Positions 1 through 13,197 of a stretch of DNA of 64,000 nucleotides are shown here, one piece after another; positions within the stretch are counted from its first letter, which is position 1, and each line of letters begins with the position of its first letter. Under the pieces are notes generated by a model. That model saw only the letters and a program-made list of their open reading frames with translations. It was not told the origin of the DNA and ran no database searches. Location: assembly GCA_004431415.1 (NCBI GenBank), contig QPMI01000099.1, forward strand, positions 62,001-126,000, written 5' to 3'. The DNA comes from Cyanophora paradoxa CCMP329. Taxonomy: Eukaryota; Plantae; Glaucophyta. Both the position numbers and the translations under genes were made by a program.

Positions 1-3000
1 TTTGAATGGTGCTGACCTTGGCCGAGACGAGCGCCGGATTGGGAGGCGAGGTTGCCGGGAACGTAATGCGCTCGGGCGACTTGATGGGAGCCGGCACGCC
101 CGTCGAGCCGACGGCGGTGATGGCGACCTTGCTAGTCCAGATGTGCGCCTGCGAAAGAACGGGTTCCGCGTGGGTTGTTACCCGATTCCTACTCGATCAA
201 GGTACAGCACATTCATCTATAAACTGTCTTTAATGCTAGAATTACGGATCTAGAGTTTCTCACGTTCTTGATCGTGATCGGCTCGAAGGCTGCGGGGAGT
301 CCGCGCTCTCCAGGAGCAGGTCGTTGAGGACGTCCAGCAGGAACGGAGGGCTCTGGGTCTTCTCCGGGAACTCCGGTGCCGCTGCAAGGACGCAGGACGG
401 CGTCAGCTGCCACAGACACGTGCGCTCGAGATGCGTAACGCGACAAATCCACGCACTGAACGTGATGGTCTTATCGTTGAAGATCTTAGGATTGATAGTC
501 TCGAGCTTGCCGGTGTCCTTCACGAGCCAGATCTTGATGGGCTTGCCGACAGGGAAGTTGACACCCGTGATAGAGAACAATTCACCGCCGGGCTGGTGGC
601 GAATCAGACATCCGAAGCTTCGGCAAAGGGTTTCCGGACGGTATTTGAATGGTGCTGACCTTGGCCGAGAAGAGCGCCGGATTGGGAGGCGAGGTTGCCG
701 GGAACGTAATGCGCTCGGGCGACTTGATGGGAGCCGGCACGCCCGTCGAGCCGACGGCGGTGATGGCGACCTTGCTAGTCCAGATGTGCGCCTGCGAAAG
801 AACGGGTTCCGCGTGGGTTGTTACCCGATTCCTACTCGTTCAAGACAGCATATTAATCTATAAACTGTCTTTAATGCTAGAATTACGGATCTAAGATTTT
901 CTCACATTCTTGATCGTGATCGGCTCGAAGGCTGCGGGGGAGTCCGCGCTCTCCAGGAGCAGGTCGTTGAGGATGTCCAGCAGGAACGGAGGGCTCTGGG
1001 TCTTCTCCGGGAACTCCGGTGCCGCTGCAAGGACGCAGGACGGCGTCAGCTGCCACGGACACGTACGCTCGAGATGCGGAACTGGACAGATTCGCGCACT
1101 GAACGTGATGGTCTTATCGTTGAAGATCTTAGGATCGATGGTCTCGAGCTTGCCGGTGTCCTTCACGAGCCAGAGTTTGATGGGCTTGCCGACAGGGAAG
1201 TTGACACCCGTGATTGAGAACAATTCACCGCCGGGCTGGATGCGAATCAGAGATCGGAATTTTCAGCAGAACGACGCCATTTTAGCCATGCTGACCTTGG
1301 CCGAGACGAGCGCCGGATTGGAAGGCGAGGTTGCCGGGAAGTCAATAAGCCCTGGAGACCTAATGGGAGCTGGCACGCCCGTCGAGCCGACGGCGGTGAT
1401 GGCGACCTTGCTAGTCCAGATATGCGCCTGCGAAGGAAACGGGTTCGCGTAGTTTCTTTCACACATTTCCGAACACTAAAACCCAGGGCATGCATCTATA
1501 AACCCATCTTGGGAGGTAAATTTGCGGATCTAGAGTTTCTCACGTTCTTGATCGTGATCGGGTCGAAGGCTGCGGGGGAGTCTGCGCTCTCCAGAAGCAG
1601 GTCGTTCAGGACTTCCAGCAGGAACGGAGGGCTCTGGGTCGTCGCCGGGAACTCCGGTGCCGCTGCAAGGACGCAGGACGGCGTCAGCTGCCACGGACAC
1701 GCGCGCTAGAGATGCGTAACGCGACAAATCCACGCACTGAACGTGATGGTCTTATCGTTGAAGATCTTAGGATCGATGGTTGCGAGCTTGCCGGTGTCCT
1801 TCACGAGCCAGACCTTGATGGGCTTGCCGACAGGGAAGTCAACACCCGTGATAGAGAACAATTCACCGCCGGGCTGGATGCGAATCAGGCATCCGAAGTT
1901 TCGGCAAAAGGTTCCCGGGCGGTATTTGAATGCTACTGACCTTGGCCGAGACGAGCGCCGGATTGGGAGGCGAGGTTGCCGGGAAATTAATTAGCCCAGG
2001 AGACTTGATGGAATCTGGCACGATCGTCGGGCCGACGGCGATGATTCCTAACTTGCTAGTCCAGATGTGCGCCTGCGAAACAAACGGTTTCGCGTGGATG
2101 GTTACCCGATTCCTACTCAATCAAGGTGTATACAGTGCATTTATCTATGAACGCGTCTTGAATGCGTAACTCATGTTTAAATATTTATGAATCGGAAATG
2201 GGTCTAGAGTTTCTCACATTTTTTATCGTGATCGGGTCGAAGGCTGCGGGGGATTCCGCGCTCTCCAGGAGCAGGTCGTTCAGGACTTCCAGCAGGAACG
2301 GAGGGCTCTGGGTCGTCGCCGGGAACTCCGGTGCCGCTGCAGGGACGCAGGACGGAGTCAGCTGCCACGGACACGTACGCTCGAGATGAGTAACGCGACA
2401 AATCCACGCACTGAACGTGATGGTCTTATTGTCGACGACCTTTGGATCGATGGTCGCGAGCTTGCCGGTGTCCTTCACGAGCCAGAGTTTGATGGGCTTG
2501 CCGACAGGGAAGTTGACACCCGTGATAGAGAACAATTCACCGCCGGGCTGGATGCGAATCAGGCATCCGAAGTTTCGGCAAAAGGTTCCCGGGCGGTATT
2601 TGAATGGTGCTGACCTTGGCCGAGACGAGCGCCGGATTGGGAGGCGAGGTTGCCGGGAACGTGATGCGCTCGGGCGACTTGATGGGAGCCGGCACGCCCG
2701 TCGAGCCGACGGTGGTGATGGCGACCTTGCTAGTCCAGATGTGCGCCTGCGAAACAAACGTTAACGCTATCTCGTGATTTCTTTCACGATTCCTACTCAG
2801 TCACGCTACAGTGCATTTATCTATAACCCGTCTTGAACGATACACTCGTGTCTAAGAATCGGAAACGGGTTTAGAGTTTCTCACGTTCTTGATCGTGATC
2901 GGCTCGAAGGCTGCGGGGGATTCCGCGCTCTCCAGGAGCAGGTCGTTGAGGATGTCCAGCAGGAACGGAGGGCTCTGGGTCTTCTCCGGGAACTCCGGTG

Positions 3001-6000
3001 CCGCTGCAAGGACGCAGGACGGCGTCAGCTGCCACAGACACGTACGCTCGAGATGTGTAACGCGACAAATCCACGCACTGAACGTGATGCTCTTATCGTT
3101 GAAGATCTTAGGATCGATGGTCTCGAGCTTGCCGGTGTCCTTCACGAGCCAGACCTTGATGGGCTTGCCGACAGGGAAGTTGACACCCGTGATAGAGAAC
3201 AATTCACCGCCGGGCTGGATGCGAATCAGAGATCCGGAGCTTCAGCAAAAGGGTCCCGGACGGTATTCGAATGCTACTGACCTTGGCCGAGACGAGCGCC
3301 GGATTGGGAGGCGAGGTTGCCGGGAACGTGATGCGCTCGGGCGACTTGATGGGAGCCGGCACGCCCGTTGAGCCGACGGCGGTGATGGCGACCTTGCTAG
3401 TCCAGATGTGCGCCTGCGAAACAAACGTTAACGCTATCTCGTGATTTCTTTCACGATTCCTACTCGAGCTCAGTCACGCTACAGTGCATTTATCTATAAA
3501 CCGTCTTGAACGATACACTCGTGTCTAAGAATCGGAAACGGGTTTAGAGTGTCTCACATTCTTGATCGTGATCGGCTCGAAGGCTGCGGGGGAGTCCGCG
3601 CTCTCCAGGAGCAGGTCGTTGAGGATGTCCAGCAGGAACGGAGGGCTCTGGGTCTTCTCCGGGAACTCCGGTGCCGCTGCAAGGACGCAGGACGGCGTCA
3701 GCTGCCACGCGTACGGACACGTACGCTCGAGATGTGTAACGCGACAACTCCACGTACTGAACGTGATGGTCTTATCGTTGAAGATCTTAGGATCGATGGT
3801 CTCGAGCTTGCCGGTGTCCTTCACGAGCCAGAGCTTGATGGGCTTGCCGACAGGGAAGTTGACACCCGTGATTGAGAACAATTCACCGCCGGGCTGGATG
3901 CGAATCAGACATCCGAAGCTTCGGCAAAAGAGTCCCGGGCGGTATTCGAATGCTACTGACCTTGGCCGAGACGAGCGCCGGATTGGGAGGCAAGGTTGCC
4001 GGGAACGTGATGCGCTCGGGCGACTTGATGGGAGCCGGCACGCCCGTTGAGCCGACGGCGGTGATGGCGACCTTGCTAGTCCAGATGTGCGCCTGCGAAA
4101 CAAACGTTAACGCTATCGCGTGATTTCGTTCTCGATTCCTACTCAATCACGCTACAGTGCAGTTATTGATAACCCGTCTTGAACGATACACTCGTGTCTA
4201 AGAATCGGAAACAGGTTGAGAGTGTCTCACATTCTTGATCGTGATCGGCTCGAAGGCTGCGGGGGAGTCCGCGCTCTCCAGGAGCAGGTCGTTGAGGATG
4301 TCCAGCAGGAACGGAGGGCTCTGGGTCTTCTCCGGGAACTCCGGTGCCGCTGCAAGGACGCAGGACGGCGTCAGCTGCCACGGACACGTACGCTCGAGAT
4401 GTGTAACGCGACAACTCCACGCACTGAACGTGATGGTCTTATCGTTGAAGATCTTAGGGTCGATGGTCTCGAGCTTGCCGGTGTCCTTCACGAGCCAGAG
4501 TTTGATGGGCTTGCCGACAGGGAAGTTGACACCCGTGATAGAGAACAATTCACCGCCGGGCTGGATGCGAATCAGACATCCGAAGCTTCGGCAAAAGGTT
4601 CCCGGACGGTATTTGAATGATTCAGACCTTGGCCGAGACGAGCGCCGGATTGGGAGGCGAGGTTGCCGGGAACGTAAGGCGCTCGGGCGACTTGATGGGA
4701 GCCGGCACGCCCGTCGAGCCGACAGCGATGATGGCGACCTTGCTAGTCCAGATGTGCGCCTGCGAAAGAACGGGTTCCGCGTGGGTTGTTACCCGATTCC
4801 TACTCGATCAAGGTACAGCACATTCATCTATAAACTGTCTTTAATGCTAGAATTACGGATCTAGAGTTTCTCACGTTCTTGATCGTGATCGGCTCGAAGG
4901 CTGCGGGGGAGTCCGCGCTCTCCAGGAGCAGGTCGTTCAGGACGTCCAGCAGGAACGGAGGGCTCTGGGTCTTCTCCGGGAACTCCGGTGCCGCTGCAAG
5001 GACGCAGGACGGCGTCAGCTGCCACGGACACGTACGCTCGAGATGCGGAACTGGACAGATTCGCGCACTGAACGTGATGGTCTTATCGTTGAAGATCTTA
5101 GGATTGATAGTCTCGAGCTTGCCCGTGTCCTTCACGAGCCAGAGCTTGATGGGCTTGCCGACAGGGAAGTTGACACCCGTGATAGAGAACAATTCACCGC
5201 CGGGCTGGTGGCGAATCAGACATCCGAAGCTTCGGCAAAACGTTTCCGGACGGTATTTGAATGGTGCTGACCTTGGCCGAGACGAGCGCCGGATTGGGAG
5301 GCGAGGTTGCCGGGAACGTGATGCGCTCGGGCGACTTGATGGGAGCCGGCACGCCCGTCGAGCCGACGGCGGTGATGGCGACCTTGCTAGTCCAGATGTG
5401 CGCCTGCGAAAGAACGGGTTCCGCGTGGGTTGTTACCCGATTCCTAATCGATCAAGGTACAGCACATTCATCTATAAACTGTCTTTAATGCTAGAATTAC
5501 GGATCTAGAGTTTCTCACGTTCTTGATCGTGATCGGCTCGAAGGCTGCGGGGAGTCCGCGCTCTCCAGGAGCAGGTCGTTCAGGACGTCCAGCAGGAACG
5601 GAGGGCTCTGGGTCTTCTCCGGGAACTCCGGTGCCGCTGCAAGGACGCAGGACGGCGTCAGCTGCCACAGACACGTGCGCTCGAGATGCAGAACTTGACA
5701 GATTCGCGCACTGAACGTGATGGTCTTATCGTTGAAGATCTTAGGATCGATGGTCTCGAGCTTGCCGGTGTCCTTCACGAGCCAGACCTTGATGGGCTTG
5801 CCGACAGGGAAGTTGACACCCGTGATAGAGAACAATTCTCCGCCGGGCTGGTGGCGAATCAGACATCCGAAGCTTCGGCAAAAGGTTTCCGGACGGTATT
5901 TGAATGGTGCTGACCTTGGCCGAGACGAGCGCCGGATTGGGAGGCGAGGTTGCCGGGAACGTAATGCGCTCGGGCGACTTGATGGGAGCCGGCACGCCCG

Positions 6001-8400
6001 TCGAGCCGACGGCGGTGATGGCGACCTTGCTAGTCCAGATGTGCGCCTGCGAAAGAACGGGTTCCGCGTGGGTTGTTACCCGATTCCTACTCGATCAAGG
6101 TACAGCACATTCATCTATAAACTGTCTTTAATGCTAGAATTACGGATCTAGAGTTTCTCACGTTCTTGATCGTGATCGGCTCGAAGGCTGCGGGGGAGTC
6201 CGCGCTCTCCAGGAGCAGGTCGTTGAGGACGTCCAGCAGGAACGGAGGGCTCTGGGTCTTCTCCGGGAACTCCGGTGCCGCTGCAAGGACGCAGGACGGC
6301 GTCAGCTGCCACAGACACGTGCGCTCGAGATGCGTAACGCGACAAATCCACGCACTGAACGTGATGGTCTTATCGTTGAAGATCTTAGGATTGATAGTCT
6401 CGAGCTTGCCGGTGTCCTTCACGAGCCAGATCTTGATGGGCTTGCCGACAGGGAAGTTGACACCCGTGATAGAGAACAATTCACCGCCGGGCTGGTGGCG
6501 AATCAGACATCCGAAGCTTCGGCAAAGGGTTTCCGGACGGTATTTGAATGGTGCTGACCTTGGCCGAGAAGAGCGCCGGATTGGGAGGCGAGGTTGCCGG
6601 GAACGTAATGCGCTCGGGCGACTTGATGGGAGCCGGCACGCCCGTCGAGCCGACGGCGGTGATGGCGACCTTGCTAGTCCAGATGTGCGCCTGCGAAAGA
6701 ACGGGTTCCGCGTGGGTTGTTACCCGATTCCTACTCGTTCAAGACAGCATATTAATCTATAAACTGTCTTTAATGCTAGAATTACGGATCTAGAATTTCT
6801 CACATTCTTGATCGTGATCGGCTCGAAGGCTGCGGGGGAGTCCGCGCTCTCCAGGAGCAGGTCGTTGAGGATGTCCAGCAGGAACGGAGGGCTCTGGGTC
6901 TTCTCCGGGAACTCCGGTGCCGCTGCAAGGACGCAGGACGGCGTCAGCTGCCACGGACACGTACGCTCGAGATGCGGAACTGGACAGATTCGCGCACTGA
7001 ACGTGATGGTCTTATCGTTGAAGATCTTAGGATCGATGGTCTCGAGCTTGCCGGTGTCCTTCACGAGCCAGAGTTTGATGGGCTTGCCGACAGGGAAGTT
7101 GACACCCGTGATTGAGAACAATTCACCGCCGGGCTGGATGCGAATCAGAGATCGGAATTTTCAGCAGAACGACGCCATTTTAGCCATGCTGACCTTGGCC
7201 GAGACGAGCGCCGGATTGGAAGGCGAGGTTGCCGGGAAGTCAATAAGCCCTGGAGACCTAATGGGAGCTGGCACGCCCGTCGAGCCGACGGCGGTGATGG
7301 CGACCTTGCTAGTCCAGATATGCGCCTGCGAAGGAAACGGGTTCGCGTAGTTTCTTTCACACATTTCCGAACACTAAAACCCAGGGCATGCATCTATAAA
7401 CCCATCTTGGGAGGTAAATTTGCGGATCTAGAGTTTCTCACGTTCTTGATCGTGATCGGGTCGAAGGCTGCGGGGGAGTCTGCGCTCTCCAGAAGCAGGT
7501 CGTTCAGGACTTCCAGCAGGAACGGAGGGCTCTGGGTCGTCGCCGGGAACTCCGGTGCCGCTGCAAGGACGCAGGACGGCGTCAGCTGCCACGGACACGC
7601 GCGCTAGAGATGCGTAACGCGACAAATCCACGCACTGAACGTGATGGTCTTATCGTTGAAGATCTTAGGATCGATGGTTGCGAGCTTGCCGGTGTCCTTC
7701 ACGAGCCAGACCTTGATGGGCTTGCCGACAGGGAAGTCAACACCCGTGATAGAGAACAATTCACCGCCGGGCTGGATGCGAATCAGGCATCCGAAGTTTC
7801 GGCAAAAGGTTCCCGGGCGGTATTTGAATGCTACTGACCTTGGCCGAGACGAGCGCCGGATTGGGAGGCGAGGTTGCCGGGAAATTAATTAGCCCAGGAG
7901 ACTTGATGGAATCTGGCACGATCGTCGGGCCGACGGCGATGATTCCTAACTTGCTAGTCCAGATGTGCGCCTGCGAAACAAACGGTTTCGCGTGGATGGT
8001 TACCCGATTCCTACTCAATCAAGGTGTATACAGTGCATTTATCTATGAACGCGTCTTGAATGCGTAACTCATGTTTAAAATTTTATGAATCGGAAATGGG
8101 TCTAGAGTTTCTCACATTTTTTATCGTGATCGGGTCGAAGGCTGCGGGGGATTCCGCGCTCTCCAGGAGCAGGTCGTTCAGGACTTCCAGCAGGAACGGA
8201 GGGCTCTGGGTCGTCGCCGGGAACTCCGGTGCCGCTGCAGGGACGCAGGACGGAGTCAGCTGCCACGGACACGTACGCTCGAGATGAGTAACGCGACAAA
8301 TCCACGCACTGAACGTGATGGTCTTATTGTCGACGACCTTTGGATCGATGGTCGCGAGCTTGCCGGTGTCCTTCACGAGCCAGACCTTGATGGGCTTGCC
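1..8400. repeat. Intragenic tandem array of ~645-680-bp units (13 full units plus a partial) with a ~5.9-kb higher-order duplication
   Basis: The unit boundary motif (ctagagtttctcacgttcttg-like) recurs at ~250, 893, 1530, 2204, 2871, 3544, 4218, 4862, 5506, 6148, 6790, 7428 and 8102. Identical or near-identical ORFs are offset by 5898 bp (910/6808, 1422/7320, 1930/7828, 2162/8060). Confidence 0.95.
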
Positions 8401-11357
8401 GGCAGGGAAATTCAGGCCTTGGATAGTGAAAAGCTCGCCTCCAGCCTGATCACGAGGACGATTTCGTTAGTGTTTCGTCTGACATGAAATTCGCTGCTAT
8501 ATATTACCTTGACAGAGATGAGTGCCGGATTGGGCGGCGATGAAGCTGAGAAATTGACCAGTCCCGGAGACTTAATCCCCTCGGGAACGGGAGTCGCTCC
8601 CAACACAGTAATATTGGGGCCGTCCTTGACCCACATGTGCGCCTGCATCGGCGGGTCCCCGGATGCGATGTTAGTTAGTGACATTAGTGGGAGCTTAAAC
8701 TGTAAATCTGCACACGTTGATGATGCTTGCAAACGCGAAATCGTCCTCGGGCGAGGAGATGGTCTGCGCAACGGATAAGAAAGATCGAAGTGAGTCGGAA
8801 ACAGGATTTCAATTCAAGCCGTGCCGACCAGATCGTTCCAGAAGTTGAAAAGGAAGGGCGGGCTTTGGTCATCGGGGAACGCCGGGGCGGCTGGTTTCCG
8901 AAGACGAGCATTTAACACGCGTACGGGGGGAAGTGTGCCGAACTAAAAGGTATACGTGAAACTGGATGGCGCACTGAAGGTAATAGAGGTACTCGAGACG
9001 ATCTGCGGGTTGATGGCGTCCACCGACCCCGTCTGATTAACGATTTGGATTTTGATCGGCTTGCCAGTGGGAAAACCGGTCCCGCTGATTGTGAAGATCT
9101 CACCGCCCGGCTACGAATCGTTTATTAAACCAGATGATGTGATTGAGCTCTGAAAGAAATATAATTAGGATCACCTTCACAGAGACGAACGCCGGCGTGG
9201 TGAGCGTAATCGTGTTGTCCGGGCTCGCGGCGTACGCGTCCTTCTGAGGCTGCGCATGCGACAACCGTAACGGTCGTCAATCAATACAACTGCACTCGTG
9301 GGTAAACGACTACAAATGTGATTGAATGACGTCGACCTGAGTGAGGGTGGTTGCTCCGACTGCGGCAATCGGGAGCTTCGGAGCTTCGCGGTAAAAAAGT
9401 AAGAAAAGCCGAATCGAGCGTTTCGCAATCTTGAAAGCGCACTTGTACTCGAAGTTGGTGGCGTTGCAGTGATGGGCGTCTCGGATCCGAAAATTGGCGA
9501 CGCCTGCTTGCCCGGGATCGTAACGTTGCACTTGAAATAGGGCACTTTGGGAATAGTGTCGCAGCCTGCAGACGCGCATCCCATCACCGGACCCGCGCAC
9601 GCGGGTCCGGCGTGAGATCTAGATCCACGCACCAGTGGCATTTAGGGCCCTGACGCGAATTTTGAAGCCCGCGTAAATCGCCGTATCATCCGTGCTATAG
9701 TAAATGAAAACGGTAGAGACCCCCTCTGACGTGTTGAACGCCGTGACGAAGCTGCTTAGGCTTATGCGCTCGCCGTTGTCAAAGTTGCCTGGCACATCTG
9801 CGTGCGCTCCAAAGGAACCCGCGACAGACGTGATAGGCCGTGCCGTTCCGTTCATAAAAACTTCGAAAATCTGCAAATCCGAAGCGGTCTCGATTCGATC
9901 TCTTTCTATACATTGAAGTTAAAGATTACGAAAGGTACCGTCATAGTGTCTGCGCACGCAGTGTGATAGAAACAATGCGCCAAATCCATCAAATGCTCTT
10001 ACCGTAGAGCTTCTCGCCAGCATGACCATCGAGAATGACTTCCAGGCGGCTCGACTGATCACAACTCTTGACCACACTGCGAACAGTCAACGAACATAAC
10101 TCCAAAAGATCGATGTTGCAGAAGCGGACGCACAAAACGCCATTTTCGTTTATGTAGGTATCGCCAGGTCGCCAGTTTCCCATACCGGTGGTGCCGGAGG
10201 TGGAGTGGGTCGGCAACGTAGATAGAGTTCCAAACTTAGATAAAGCCGCCGAGCTGAAGGAGGTGAACCCCAGGTTGAGAAGACAAGTTCGGTAGGCGTC
10301 GTCGTCGTCCTTGAAGAAAGTCATCAGAGATACATACATACATATATCTAGCTATAGATCTTGAAGCCACATGATCACCTCAAGCGTGTAATAGGTGTTA
10401 TTGACATACGCTTGATATCCTCGGAATGTATCTTGCCCATGAGGATATATTTGCGGGGTGTGGCGGGATGACGGGGCTGCCAAATGTGTTAGTCTTGCTA
10501 AATGTAGCACTCAAAACATAAAACGAGATGTCAGTGCGGAACAAGTACGGAAAGCAGCTCACTCGAGGCGGGGACGCTCTTGTAGGCGAAAGTAAACCCA
10601 TTTCCTCCGTCTTTATAATTTGTGCGGAAGAGGACGACCAGCGTGTGCGACTCGCTCACGCAAGGGGTGGCGGTGCATAGGTGGACCAAATCCGTAGTCT
10701 TTTTCAAGGTGTAAGTCTTGGGTGTGGTCCCGGTCCTAGCAATCTTTGCGAGAGGAGTCAGGTCGTTCGCTCCTAAATCATACACCTGCGGGGCGCACAA
10801 TGATCATGACGACCACTGGCCATGGGTTGATCGTGCAATGCAAGCTCTAGCTACATGTTCAGATATAGGCCTACCGTGATTCGGTCGGCTTCATCGGTCC
10901 CTTGCACTCCGTCGAAGTCCAGGTCGATTGCTGAGAATTTGATCTCGACCTTCTCGCCCTCCGGGGCGGCGATCGACCTGTGAGACAATCCCGAGGCGGT
11001 GAGCGCACGTGTGCACGTGCGCACTTGCACTGGGTATGGGTGATGCCATACACGTTGCGCATGTACATGTGCGCACCATACCATGACACGATTGGCGTCA
11101 ACGCCATCTTGGGTACTCGAGTACATACTGCTTCCGAGCGTATAAGTCTGCAGAGTCGAGGTCGCAGTGAAACTGCCGCCATTCCGGGTCTTCCAGTAGT
11201 TGTCTACGGCTGCTACGTGCGGCGAGTAGACCACGAGCACTAGGAATGCCGTGGCAGCTAGGGCAAACCGCGACCACACAATGCGATGAAGGTCTCTGGA
11301 TTCGGGGCAGTGCCTTCGCATGCTGGCCTTGGAACTCGCGCCCCGCACGAGCGGCAT
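1..11357 (-). CDS. Multi-exon secreted/surface protein: signal peptide + CUB domain + tandem IPT/TIG-like domains (3' end beyond window start)
   Basis: N-terminal hydrophobic stretch (FALAATAFLVLVVYSPHVAA). CUB-type motifs lie across GT-AG exons (SIAAPEGEKVEIKFSAIDL..DRITVYD..SESHTLVVLFRTNYKDGGNGFTFAY). Each repeat unit splices in frame into ~129 aa (AHIWTSKVAITAVGSTG..NPALVSAK|PGGELFSITGVNFPVGKPIKLWLVK..DKTITF|TAPEFPEK..ITIKN). The GG-x3-I-T-G-x-N-F ... I-T-F-x-A-P pattern is IPT/TIG-like. Exon structure at 9250-10500 is only partly resolved. Confidence 0.7.
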
Positions 11358-11569
11358 GCCCGCAAGGCTGGACGGGCTTGAGCTGTCGAGCCTGCAGTGC
11401 CCTGCACCGGATAGCTGCTGCGGTCGTAGCTGCCTAGCAGTGCCTGCAGGGTTACCAGTGCCTAGTCACTGACTACCACTGCCTAGCCTTTCCTGCCACA
11501 CTGGCAGTGTCTGGCACAGCTGGACTCTGAGTCTGGCAGTGACTCTACTAGGCTAGACTCTCAGAGTGA

Positions 11570-11608
11570 CTCTACTAGGCTAGACTCTGAGAGTCTAGCC
11601 TAGTAGAG
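11570..11608. repeat. Near-perfect palindrome (19-bp arms, 1-nt spacer)
   Basis: ctctactaggctagactct-g-agagtctagcctagtagag. The left arm is also duplicated directly upstream (~11543-11561). Confidence 0.85.
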
Positions 11609-12950
11609 GCTCCGAGGGGCGCTCGCTTCAGTCCTCCCGATCCCGGGGACCCGGAGCTCGAGTCCTCAGCCTGACTCAGTGGAGTCGGGGACTCGGGGAG
11701 TCGGGGGCTCCAAAATCCGGACTCCGAGCTCGACTCGTCGCCCCCGGGGCCCGGGCCCCAGGCCCCCAGCTGCAGCCTGCAGCCTGACTCGGAGTCAGTG
11801 ACTCACTGAGTCAGTGACTGCCACTGACTGGGTGACTGGCCCAGTGGGAGAGTACATCTATACAGTGGGAGTTCGGGATTAGCCTACTGAGTACTAGGCT
11901 ATAGCTAGTAGCTAGCGCTGGGCCATCATGCATGGCATACTCAGTCGACGTCAGTGACTTGTACATCATGCATATATATGGCATGTACTGTAAAAGTCTG
12001 TAATTCAAAAATTAACTACCGGTATAGGCACTTCACTGTGAGTCAGCGCTCAGCGGCTAGCCGCTGAGCATGCCATGATGCCCGCTGCGCAGTACATTGT
12101 ACATAATGTAAAACATGCAATATCCAGCGTAACTTTTGTGGTTCAAAATTGTGGTTCAAATTGTGGTTCATCGGCATCATATTTTCGGCAACACAGCCAG
12201 TCCGCGGCTGTCCGCCTAGGCGGCGGGTATATTGATCCCTCTTCTGCCATACATCCACGCAATTCTGGCAGTTTCAAATATTCGGCGCCGCGAGGCTATG
12301 CCGAAAAGCGCCGAATATGAAGTGCTGCCGGAGATTTCATGTTTTACACTGAAAATTTACAGTATACAGTGCAAGACATTGCCACTGTACATGTCTGCCA
12401 GTACTACGGTATACGTACTACGTAGTACCACTGTACCAGCAGTGTGTCCAGCACTAGTATACCGTACTCATCACTGAGTCATCAGTGTGACTGTACGTGT
12501 CAGTACATCACTGACTCGACACTGAGTCAGTGCATGTAGGGCCATTTGTAGGCTGATGTAGGATCATGTAGCCGCATTGTAGCGGCATTAATATTCATGA
12601 TTGTAGCCTGATCATGGGATCATCGGATCTCGATCTCAGGATCTGTTCCTGAATCATTGAATCCTGATTAATATTCGTTTACATGTACAGTATTACGTAC
12701 TACAAACGTACGAATATCCGCCGGCACTTTTTAATCCGCCAGCTTCTCGATTTCGGCACCCAGCGCCTTTGCCATAGAGGGGTCAGCCGCTAGTACCCCA
12801 CTCTGCATACAAAGGCTTAATTTGCCAGCGTCAAATATTCGCCAGCGCGAGCTTGAGGGTCTGGCGAATATAGTCGAAATTAACGCTGGCGGACATTCGT
12901 ACTTTCAACGGTTTGCTAACTTACAGTACAGTGTCAGTACTGTACCGCAC

Positions 12951-13197
12951 TACCGTGTAATACTTATTTACTGCGCCACAAATTACTGCGTTCCAAAAGT
13001 TCTGCGCCGGTAGGCGCTTTAATTTACTGCGCTACCAAATTACTGCGTTCCATCGGCCTCGAAAATCTATTATAATTTTATTTGTTAGCAAATGGGGTAA
13101 TACTGCGCTACCAAATTACTGCGTTCTAAAAATTTTGAGCGCAGTAATATGGTTGCGCAGTAGTTATGTCAGCCCGGTAATTAAGTATAACACGGTA
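12951..13197. mobile_element. MITE-like element with TACCGT...ACGGTA ends (Tc1/pogo-type TA flanks)
   Basis: Left end taccgtgtaatacttattta versus the reverse complement of the right end, taccgtgttatacttaatta. Internal ttactgcg/cgcagta motifs repeat in inverted orientation. A related end occurs at ~13690. Confidence 0.55.

Noticed and set aside
2-8487. Plus-strand ORFs in the left tandem array
   Set aside because: They are antisense shadows. Splice signals and a coherent domain exist only on the minus strand.
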